Positions 8,867-16,498 of a stretch of 64,000 bases of DNA are shown piece after piece. The stretch's first letter is position 1, and each line of letters starts with the position of its first letter. A model generated the notes under the pieces. It was given only the letters and a program-made list of their open reading frames with translations, ran no database searches and had not been told where the DNA came from. The DNA lies in the IMG/VR virus record IMGVR_UViG_3300033072_000529; one strand, written 5' to 3'. A program made the translations under genes and the position numbers. Source of the DNA: a virus (lineage: Duplodnaviria > Caudoviricetes).

Positions 8867-11767
8867 TTACATTATAAAAATCTTATTAACATTCGCGCCT
8901 AATATATTATCAACTGTATAGGTTAGATCATTTTCTTTCACGGCAAGAATTTCATTTATGTCATCCTGTATGTTTGGTTGTAATCTTGGACCATTGGGTT
9001 TACCCCAAGCATTACTAGTTACCAACATAGGGGGTAAATCACGTTTGAATTTGACTTCTCCTTGTATAATATATTGTGCAAATATTTCCAATACAAATTC
9101 GGTTAAATTGTTGATATTTCTGTCTCTAGCGGATTTGAATGTACCTATGGCATAAGCCGTATTCATCAACACTTTATTATAATTAGGAGTTGGTCTAGGG
9201 GTTGCAATATTATAATGGTACTTTTCAAAATTCGGAGCAACACCATATGCAATTTGTGCAACTTCTGATAAACATGCATACACTTCTTTTACCAATAACC
9301 GCATATGCTTGGGTCTATTGTAGTAATCCCTATTACCTATCAATAATGCATGTCCTAATCTATGGGCCAGGGTCCATGCGGTGGTAGGAACTCTATTTGC
9401 TCCTATATTGTTAGTATATATGGCAGTGATATGATCCTTTTTAGGAGTGATGTTTATACCTAATGTATCATGTAATTGTTCAAGGGATACTTCGCCAGTT
9501 TCAAATGCTTTTTTACCTGGGGCAGACCGAACCATATATAGATCAAAATCATAAGAAGTTTTATCCCATAGTTTTCTGATTTTCTGTATACCTGCTTGAG
9601 ATGTTAATATACCCTGCGAAGGTTTGTCCCAACCATGTGCTTTTGCTTTAGGCGACCAATCCCCATGAAATTCTATATCTCCTATAGGTGCTTCTTGTAA
9701 CATGGTTTGATAGAAATCTGTGAATGACTCCCCTTGAGCATATCTAGCCTGTACACCCATTGCTGCTTTAGGTTTAACACCCATTGCTTTTAATGCTTGT
9801 GCTTTCTTAGCAGGATCAACATTATGTACTATCTGAGATACCTGTTCGATTTCTTCTGGTTCCGGCGCAGGCTTTGGTTTCTCTTTAGATTTAACCCCTG
9901 CTTTTTTTAATACCTGTTCCCATGATAGCTTATCCGATTGCATACCAAATTCAAATGTGCATTCCTCTAGATTTATATTATACGAATCCTGTAACAGAAA
10001 TTCTACCATATCTATATAGTTTTGATCTATACATGATGTTTGATTCCAAACAGAGAACACAGGATATCCTCCTAAATAACCGAATCTACCAATAGGATTA
10101 TTAGGAAAAGTGGATAAGAATGATCCCCTGCCTATAGTGGCATCATCGCCAGTTCTACTTAAGTATTGTATAAAATCTTCGGGCGGTTCCCCAACAGCAT
10201 ACACATTATCAAAATCTTCTATTTTTGCTTCTTCTAAATATACTTGTTGTAATATATCTAGTAAATCCCAATGAGTCATACTCTTATCATCGGACCACGC
10301 CATATAATCTTTCAACATGATAAAGACTATCATACCGCTTAGTTGTGTTTTATATATAGTATCAGGGTTTTCCAATAATACATCTGCTGATACTTGTGTA
10401 GATTCGCCTTGAGCATATCTAGCTTGCACGCCCATTGCAGCTTTAGGTTTAACACCCATTGCTTTTAATGCCTGGGCTTTCTTGGCAGGGTCTACATTGT
10501 GCACTATATGATCGGTAGATATATTCGTGGGTTTAGCCGCATCATGTTTATAATATAACTTACGGAATTGCGCAGCAGTTAATACTTTATCGTCTGCGGT
10601 GCCCGTATTAGTCGTTCCCGTGGTGAATTCATAAAACATTTTAGCTGGATCAATATTAAGCAATTTCAACATTTTAACAGTCTGTACAACCTGTTCGGGT
10701 TTAATATTAGGTGTACTCCAATATGATACAACTTTGCTAGATTCTGATACTCTACCTAATAAACAATCAGGATTATGTTGCACAAAACTATTTCTAAAAA
10801 ACCATGCCTCTTTTTTGTATCCAGTATTTATATTGGACAAAGACCCTTTAATCACAAGTTCAGCTATATCATAATCACATTTGGCATTACGTTTAATACA
10901 GTGAAGCATGACAAAAATATCGCCATGAGTATGGCCAGCATTAGTACTATATATAATGGCACTGGGTGTTAGTATAAAGGTGATGGCATCGCTATTATCA
11001 AACCATTCATCAGGATTTTCTTTTATAACCATCTTGTTAAAGGTATCTATAAAAGATTCTCCTTTAGCATATCTAGCTTGTACGCCCATTGCAGCCTTAG
11101 GTTTGATACCTTTATCTTTCATCATTGCTTTTCGTATGTTAGGATCAACCATGGTATGGGCTTGATCTTCAACATTAGACCAATCTACATCATCAACAGC
11201 ATTTGATGATCCATTATCTACTAACTCCCACAATTGTTCTATATTATATTGTTGGGGATGAACCATATTGGAATCTTTGTCCTTTGCGAATAGTTCGTAT
11301 TTGAAATTACTTGGGTCAATCTTTAGAGTATCATATATAAATGATTCCAATGCCCGAAGATTATCATGGGTTAAATCAGATATATTATTCCATAAGGATA
11401 ATTGATTGTTGCTTCTCCACACTCTACCTATCAATATTCCAAGGTTATATGCTCTGGAAAGTTCCAACAATTTAGATCGTTTGCCTGTGTTTTCTTGTAA
11501 GAATGATTTTATATCAGTAAAATCTCCTTGGAATCGATATGTGGACCACTCCTCTAATTGCTGGAAATGTAGATTATTATTCTGCTCTTTACTGAATTCC
11601 CGTAATGCTTTATACATATAAGCATGTTTTTCCGCCACGATTTTATTCACTGCCCACATAGTGAATTTAGGCGATATAGTGAAAGGTATAGCATTATTAG
11701 ATACCCATGATATACCATTCATGTTATCAGGACTTTCATTTACTATATAATGTTCGAAGAAATTCAT
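8867..11767 (-). CDS. four-module repeat protein / putative polyprotein (three paralogous domains plus a HRLGH zincin-like domain)
   Basis: Start reassigned from 11821 to ATG 11767 (MNFFEHYIVNES) with TAAATA 7 nt upstream; three KPKAAMGVQARYAxGES linkers. Confidence 0.75.
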   Translation of the reverse strand: MNFFEHYIVNESPDNMNGISWVSNNAIPFTISPKFTMWAVNKIVAEKHAYMYKALREFSKEQNNNLHFQQLEEWSTYRFQGDFTDIKSFLQENTGKRSKLLELSRAYNLGILIGRVWRSNNQLSLWNNISDLTHDNLRALESFIYDTLKIDPSNFKYELFAKDKDSNMVHPQQYNIEQLWELVDNGSSNAVDDVDWSNVEDQAHTMVDPNIRKAMMKDKGIKPKAAMGVQARYAKGESFIDTFNKMVIKENPDEWFDNSDAITFILTPSAIIYSTNAGHTHGDIFVMLHCIKRNAKCDYDIAELVIKGSLSNINTGYKKEAWFFRNSFVQHNPDCLLGRVSESSKVVSYWSTPNIKPEQVVQTVKMLKLLNIDPAKMFYEFTTGTTNTGTADDKVLTAAQFRKLYYKHDAAKPTNISTDHIVHNVDPAKKAQALKAMGVKPKAAMGVQARYAQGESTQVSADVLLENPDTIYKTQLSGMIVFIMLKDYMAWSDDKSMTHWDLLDILQQVYLEEAKIEDFDNVYAVGEPPEDFIQYLSRTGDDATIGRGSFLSTFPNNPIGRFGYLGGYPVFSVWNQTSCIDQNYIDMVEFLLQDSYNINLEECTFEFGMQSDKLSWEQVLKKAGVKSKEKPKPAPEPEEIEQVSQIVHNVDPAKKAQALKAMGVKPKAAMGVQARYAQGESFTDFYQTMLQEAPIGDIEFHGDWSPKAKAHGWDKPSQGILTSQAGIQKIRKLWDKTSYDFDLYMVRSAPGKKAFETGEVSLEQLHDTLGINITPKKDHITAIYTNNIGANRVPTTAWTLAHRLGHALLIGNRDYYNRPKHMRLLVKEVYACLSEVAQIAYGVAPNFEKYHYNIATPRPTPNYNKVLMNTAYAIGTFKSARDRNINNLTEFVLEIFAQYIIQGEVKFKRDLPPMLVTSNAWGKPNGPRLQPNIQDDINEILAVKENDLTYTVDNILGANVNKIFIM
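9725..11110 (-). repeat. three copies of the linker repeat (about 9725-9830, 10402-10508, 11057-11110)
   Basis: GCATATCTAGC.TG.AC.CCCATTGC.GC.TTAGGTTT recurs three times on the + strand, differing mainly at third codon positions. Confidence 0.9.
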
Positions 11768-11777
11768 ATAAGGATAT

Positions 11778-12341
11778 TTATTTTGTAATGAGGAATCTAT
11801 AGTCATAGCCGACTGTCTCACTTCCTCTTATACCCCAATAATTATGTAACTCCTCAGGATTATTCACATGTTTAATAACTTTATCATGCTGTGTTATATA
11901 TAAACTATATCCCGCATCTATGAACCGTTGGAAATTTCTTTTATAAAAGTTGAATCCTTTATCTGATAATCCTGAATCAGATTGCACTTTTTTAAATTTG
12001 GGTAATAAGAAATTTATATAGAAATGAAACATCAAGGAGTCTCCTTTCAATACAGGTTTAGCTTGAGTTGATTCAGTTGTTATACCATTCGCTCCTTTAG
12101 CAATACCGCTGTATTTTCCGACCATTTGTTCATTATTGATTATAACATATTGCTTATTGTTAGAATATTCTTGGTTACTATTTTCCATGACATCAAATGT
12201 CATATAATTAACACTGAACGTGGCAATAGTATGGAATGAACTGGTTTGCCATAAAGGTCGTTTATCCCAGGAACCAAAATCAACCTCTCCTAACCGAAGA
12301 GGCATCTCTAATAAAGGTTTATAGAATTCTAAAAATGTCAT
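11778..12341 (-). CDS. GNAT-fold-like protein with leader
   Basis: KG.SLM..FY...SD..LS.KG..FY.R pattern; leader MTFLEFYKPLLEM. Confidence 0.5.
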   Translation of the reverse strand: MTFLEFYKPLLEMPLRLGEVDFGSWDKRPLWQTSSFHTIATFSVNYMTFDVMENSNQEYSNNKQYVIINNEQMVGKYSGIAKGANGITTESTQAKPVLKGDSLMFHFYINFLLPKFKKVQSDSGLSDKGFNFYKRNFQRFIDAGYSLYITQHDKVIKHVNNPEELHNYWGIRGSETVGYDYRFLITK

Positions 12342-12345
12342 AGTA

Positions 12346-12876
12346 TTATTGTAATAATTTCTGCCAAAAGGCGGGCGTTCCCATTACATATTTGGTGAGT
12401 TTTCCAATGCCTGGAAAGTTTAGAATAATACCACCATCATCTGAATAATCTATAAATGTGGCATCTCCTAATATATTTAATTGCAATGCTGCATCCAGGG
12501 CATATTTATTTGGAGGCGGCATCATTCCTGCACCTGATAAAAAAGGTACTACATTAGCCGTACACACCCCATATAATGGTACATTTGTTTGAACTAATGC
12601 CCGAAGTGTTTTCGTTTTACGCATCATATTTCCCGCCATAGCTACCAATTTCATATAATCATTATTATTTTTTTTGGCAGCTATCCAACCAGTATCATTG
12701 CCGTAAAATGTCCAATGTTTCGCTTTAGATATGAATGTTTCTTTTGGCCAGGAATAGCCCGTGGATTTAATATATTCATTACGGAATACATCATAGGCTT
12801 TATCTAAATCCATGTTGGGAATAGGCGCAGATTCTACCATTAACGTATAATGGATATAAAACTCTAGAAATGTCAT
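12346..12876 (-). CDS. hypothetical putative internal protein
   Basis: Leader MTFLEFY...MVES; no confident catalytic motif. Confidence 0.6.
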   Translation of the reverse strand: MTFLEFYIHYTLMVESAPIPNMDLDKAYDVFRNEYIKSTGYSWPKETFISKAKHWTFYGNDTGWIAAKKNNNDYMKLVAMAGNMMRKTKTLRALVQTNVPLYGVCTANVVPFLSGAGMMPPPNKYALDAALQLNILGDATFIDYSDDGGIILNFPGIGKLTKYVMGTPAFWQKLLQ

Positions 12877-12892
12877 AACATCAATAGTATTC

Positions 12893-13315
12893 TTACACTC
12901 TAGCAGTTTGTATTAGTTGCTCTACTTCTTCTTGTGTTCCTGCACTGATCAACGATTTAAAAAAGGTTGCCAATTGTCCATCATCCATATGTTGTAGACC
13001 GGGTAAAGTTTTTGAAGGAACACGAAAAACATTAGCCAATAGGAATTTACCATACCGTATGATGTTCTTGTCAGAGGACGCTAGAATGGCTCTCTCGCCC
13101 TGTTCAAAGCGTCCACGCACATTGTGAATAGCATGTGCCACAGCAGTCACACCAGACGTTGCAATAGCCTTCAAATACTTCTCCTTAGTCTCAGGCAACA
13201 TCTGCCCTTGCTTAATATTCCAATTAGCAAATGCTCTACGAGCCGAAATATGTCGGGGTTTTTTAACTGGTTCAATGGATTCCACCAGAATAGAAAGTAG
13301 TTTATCGAATTTCAT
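12893..13315 (-). CDS. hypothetical putative internal protein
   Basis: Leader MKFDKLLSILVES; TAAATA 7 nt upstream. Confidence 0.65.
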   Translation of the reverse strand: MKFDKLLSILVESIEPVKKPRHISARRAFANWNIKQGQMLPETKEKYLKAIATSGVTAVAHAIHNVRGRFEQGERAILASSDKNIIRYGKFLLANVFRVPSKTLPGLQHMDDGQLATFFKSLISAGTQEEVEQLIQTARV

Positions 13316-13337
13316 ATAATAATATTTACCATTTCAC

Positions 13338-13366
13338 TTGCATATGCCAACTGCTCAATGTAAGCT
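13338..13366 (+). promoter_or_regulatory. sigma70-like promoter, second family
   Basis: TTGCAT-17 bp-TAAGCT; shares ACTTGCATATGC...GTAA(G/A)CTATC with 13719-13747. Confidence 0.65.
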
Positions 13367-13374
13367 ATCCGCCC

Positions 13375-13482
13375 ATGACGGATTTAACAGATTTATCGGA
13401 TGAATTCACTGAAAATGATATGCAATATATATCGATGATAGATGATAATTGGAATGAATGGAATAACAATGATTATGAGTGA
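13375..13482 (+). CDS. 35-aa highly acidic peptide, not in ORF track
   Basis: MTDLTDLSDEFTENDMQYISMIDDNWNEWNNNDYE; ATG 8 nt after the -10; stop overlaps next start (ATGAGTGA). Confidence 0.55.
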   Translation: MTDLTDLSDEFTENDMQYISMIDDNWNEWNNNDYE

Positions 13483-13711
13483 TAATATAATACATGTATT
13501 AAATGACAATCAATTTCCGCCTGTTCATCCTAGTCACAATATGACTGAATGGGAAACCATGGCTTTTCTTACGGCCCGACCTGTATATAAACGAGGGCGA
13601 TATTGTACAGGATGTAAATGCGGTCAAATGTATCATCTGACATATAATGACCCTCCAGTTAATAGCTGGGAATTATATAAGGCGTGTGATTCTATATGGG
13701 GATTGGAATAG
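13475..13711 (+). CDS. small Cys-containing hypothetical protein
   Basis: ORF track 13442-13711, start moved to the coupled ATG; CxxCxC. Confidence 0.5.
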   Translation: MSDNIIHVLNDNQFPPVHPSHNMTEWETMAFLTARPVYKRGRYCTGCKCGQMYHLTYNDPPVNSWELYKACDSIWGLE

Positions 13712-13718
13712 TATGTAC

Positions 13719-13747
13719 TTGCATATGCTCCAGTCATAGAGTAAACT
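13719..13747 (+). promoter_or_regulatory. sigma70-like promoter, second family
   Basis: TTGCAT-17 bp-TAAACT, 6 nt before ATG 13754. Confidence 0.65.
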
Positions 13748-13753
13748 ATCTAA

Positions 13754-13996
13754 ATGATGGATAATCCTAATACTGCAAAGGTTCAATTATATAATGAATC
13801 ATATATGCGCGCTGGTCTAGTCGCTAATATATTAAATAAAAAATTCGGGTTCGAACTTAGTATAGAAAACAGGTTTGAACGTTCTCGTCGTATTTTAACT
13901 TATGATCAAATTATAGATTTCTTTAAATCTATAGAAGATGCATTAACTTCATACGAAGAAGCAATGCGCTGGGAACCTAATATAAAAGGGGAATAA
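13754..13996 (+). CDS. hypothetical protein
   Basis: 80-aa ORF after promoter. Confidence 0.6.
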   Translation: MMDNPNTAKVQLYNESYMRAGLVANILNKKFGFELSIENRFERSRRILTYDQIIDFFKSIEDALTSYEEAMRWEPNIKGE

Positions 13997-13997
13997 T

Positions 13998-14048
13998 ATG
14001 AATAATACAAAACAAAAAACAGCATTAGTATTGGGAGCAGCTACTTGA
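13998..14048 (+). pseudogene. orphaned 5' end of the epimerase gene
   Basis: MNNTKQKTALVLGA(AT*) matches MIKNNKQLTALVLGAGG at 14856. Confidence 0.75.
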
Positions 14049-14059
14049 TAAGTAGTTAG

Positions 14060-14863
14060 ATGATTGATTATTATGTATATGTTTATCTTGATCCCAGAAA
14101 GATAGGAGATTTTTCGTATGGAGAAGAATTTAAATTTGAAAATGAACCTTTTTATATTGGCAAAGGGCGAAATGATAGAAAATATCACCATTTAAATATG
14201 GCGAAAGGTTCGAAAAAAGTAACATCAAATAAACATTTGATTTATAAGATTAAAAATATCTTACAAGAGGGATTGGTTCCTATCATCGTCGAATACAAAA
14301 ATTCAATGGATAACGATTCTGCATTGAAAATGGAAAATAAAATGGTTTTGTCTATCGGACGAAAAGATTTGAACTTAGGCCCTTTGACAAATTTATGCGA
14401 CGGGGGAGAAAGACAGAATTATAATTTATCACAAGAAACAAAGGATAAAATCTCTTCAACCCTAAAAGGTAAGGTTACTTGGAATATTGGCCGAAAACAT
14501 ACTAATGAAGCAAAACGTAATATGCACAAATTTCCCCAAAACCATATTCCGTGGAATAAAGGGAAAACCGGCGTATATAGTGGGCAGCATTTGGCTGCAA
14601 TGAAAAATCGTGTTGTTTCTACAGAAACCCGCGAGAAAATATCAAAAGCTAATAAAGGTAAAGTTAATCCGAATAAAGGTAGGAAATACGGGCATGTTGC
14701 ATGGAATAGAAAAATCTATAAATTTTTGTTAAACAATGAAATTGTAACGATTGAAAATATGTGCGAGTTCTGCAAAGAAAACAATCTTACACCGTCTATC
14801 ATGTATTCGATTATCAATGAAAAAAGAAAAACCTATAAAGGGTACAGTAAATATTATGATTAA
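14060..14863 (+). mobile_element. free-standing GIY-YIG homing endonuclease with NUMOD3-type repeats
   Basis: YYVYVY.DP...PFYIGKG...R, LTN..DGGE, ET+.KIS repeats, PWNKG repeats. Confidence 0.85.
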
Positions 14864-15884
14864 AAACAACAAACAACTCACGGCGCTGGTTTTAGGAGCA
14901 GGCGGATTCATCGGTAATCATTTGGTGAACCGATTGAAACGCGAAGGATATTGGGTTCGAGGCGTTGATTTGAAGTATCCTGAATTTCAGGAGAAGTCTC
15001 AGGCAGATGAATTCGTCATTCAAGACCTATCAAGGCAGTACAACGGTTCTCAAAAATACGTGTACAGTCAAGACATTTACTCCAAACATGTCTTTTTTGA
15101 TGAAGTTTATCAATTAGCGGCTGACATGGGAGGCGCAGGATATATCTTTTCAGGAGAAAATGATGCCAATGTTATGACCAATTCGGCATTGATTAATCTC
15201 AATGCTTGTAAGGAACTGGTTAATTCAAACTCAAAAATTTTCTACTCTTCCTCGGCCTGTATGTACCCAGCATATAACCAAGAAGACCCCAACAATCCAA
15301 ATTGTAAAGAATCTTCTGCATACCCTGCTGCGCCTGATTCTGAATATGGATGGGAGAAATTATTCAGTGAACGGTTATACATGGCATACGCTCGTAATCA
15401 CGGATTAGATGTACGTATTGCTAGATTCCATAATATATTCGGCCCGATGGGAACATGGAAGGGTGGAAAGGAAAAAGCACCGGCTGCGATATGTCGTAAG
15501 GTTTTAGAGGCAAAAGATGGTGGAGAAATTGAAATATGGGGAGACGGAGAACAAACAAGATCGTTCCTGTATATTGATGAATGTATTGAAGGTATTCGAC
15601 GTTTGATGGAATCCGATTTCACTGGTCCGGTTAATATAGGGTCAGATGAAATGGTGACTATCAATGAACTAGTCGATTTAGCTTGTGCCGTAGAAGGTAA
15701 GACTCTAATCAAAAAACATATACCTGGACCTCTAGGAGTACGCGGACGTAACTCTGACAACAATCTTATAAAAGAGAAACTAGGATGGGCTCCTAATTAT
15801 CCCTTATCAAAAGGAATAGAAAAGACATATGCCTGGATAAAATATCGCATGGCATTTGAATATTTGGCAAACCATAAACAATAA
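14856..15884 (+). CDS. NAD-dependent epimerase, GDP-mannose 3,5-epimerase-like
   Basis: GAGGFIG, LAADMGG.G, YSSSACMYP, PDSEYGWEK (YxxxK), RFHNIFGP, GGKEKAPAA, GVRGRNSDN; start reassigned to ATG 14856. Confidence 0.9.
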   Translation: MIKNNKQLTALVLGAGGFIGNHLVNRLKREGYWVRGVDLKYPEFQEKSQADEFVIQDLSRQYNGSQKYVYSQDIYSKHVFFDEVYQLAADMGGAGYIFSGENDANVMTNSALINLNACKELVNSNSKIFYSSSACMYPAYNQEDPNNPNCKESSAYPAAPDSEYGWEKLFSERLYMAYARNHGLDVRIARFHNIFGPMGTWKGGKEKAPAAICRKVLEAKDGGEIEIWGDGEQTRSFLYIDECIEGIRRLMESDFTGPVNIGSDEMVTINELVDLACAVEGKTLIKKHIPGPLGVRGRNSDNNLIKEKLGWAPNYPLSKGIEKTYAWIKYRMAFEYLANHKQ

Positions 15885-15885
15885 T

Positions 15886-16152
15886 ATGAATAATAAAAAA
15901 CGTAAAATAATTAACTTAACCGAAGATGAAAATTTCTTTCATATAGATGCAAGAGTTTCTATTCCTAAAAGTAATATAGCACAAGAGTTAATTGATGATC
16001 TACTCTCTTCCAAAGATCATATGATTAAAGGTCATACTCTTTTTCGAGAAGGAAAACCTTATGTGCAGGTGGAATATACCGTGGAATTCCATATAAATGA
16101 CGATGGAACGGATTCTATCCATATTCATAAAGATGCGAAAGAATTAGTATAA
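15886..16152 (+). CDS. hypothetical protein
   Basis: ORF coupled to the epimerase stop. Confidence 0.55.
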   Translation: MNNKKRKIINLTEDENFFHIDARVSIPKSNIAQELIDDLLSSKDHMIKGHTLFREGKPYVQVEYTVEFHINDDGTDSIHIHKDAKELV

Positions 16153-16238
16153 AGAATAATATTATGACAAAAGACATAACAACATAAGATGTTAATAAAG
16201 TGCTTTCACAGTTCAGTGAAAAATTCAGTGTTAGCTGA

Positions 16239-16490
16239 TTATAATAACGTTATAATTTCTTGACCATTGATTTCATAAATCAAAACATATCCGAGAGAAG
16301 AATGTCGCTTCTCTCGGATTTTTATTAATCCGGTATGATGCCGTCTGTGACAGTTAGCACATAATACAACACAATTTCCTTCGGAATACTCTTGCCCTTC
16401 CACAATACGGTGTACATCCAATAACTCATACCTATCTTGTTCGCAGATAGCACATTTCCGATACTTACGCTTAAAAGCTGGTTTGTTCAC
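16239..16490 (-). CDS. small HNH endonuclease
   Basis: CAIC...LDVHRI...Y...N..VLCANCHRRHH; GTG start after TAAGTA. Confidence 0.8.
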   Translation of the reverse strand: MNKPAFKRKYRKCAICEQDRYELLDVHRIVEGQEYSEGNCVVLCANCHRRHHTGLIKIREKRHSSLGYVLIYEINGQEIITLL

Positions 16491-16498
16491 ATTCCTAC

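Noticed and set aside
9725-11110. Diversity-generating retroelement template/variable repeats (also considered for 59071-59299 and the kinase pair)
   Set aside because: Differences are mostly synonymous and not adenine-specific; no reverse transcriptase in the window
11768-11821. ORF-track upstream starts (also 14751, 42097, 44066, 49867, 51560, 62444)
   Set aside because: They overlap neighbouring genes, promoters or terminators; downstream starts fit the promoter spacing and protein motifs
14041-14900. Group I intron in the epimerase gene
   Set aside because: Only about 19 nt precede the endonuclease ORF and none follow it; the downstream gene is complete by itself
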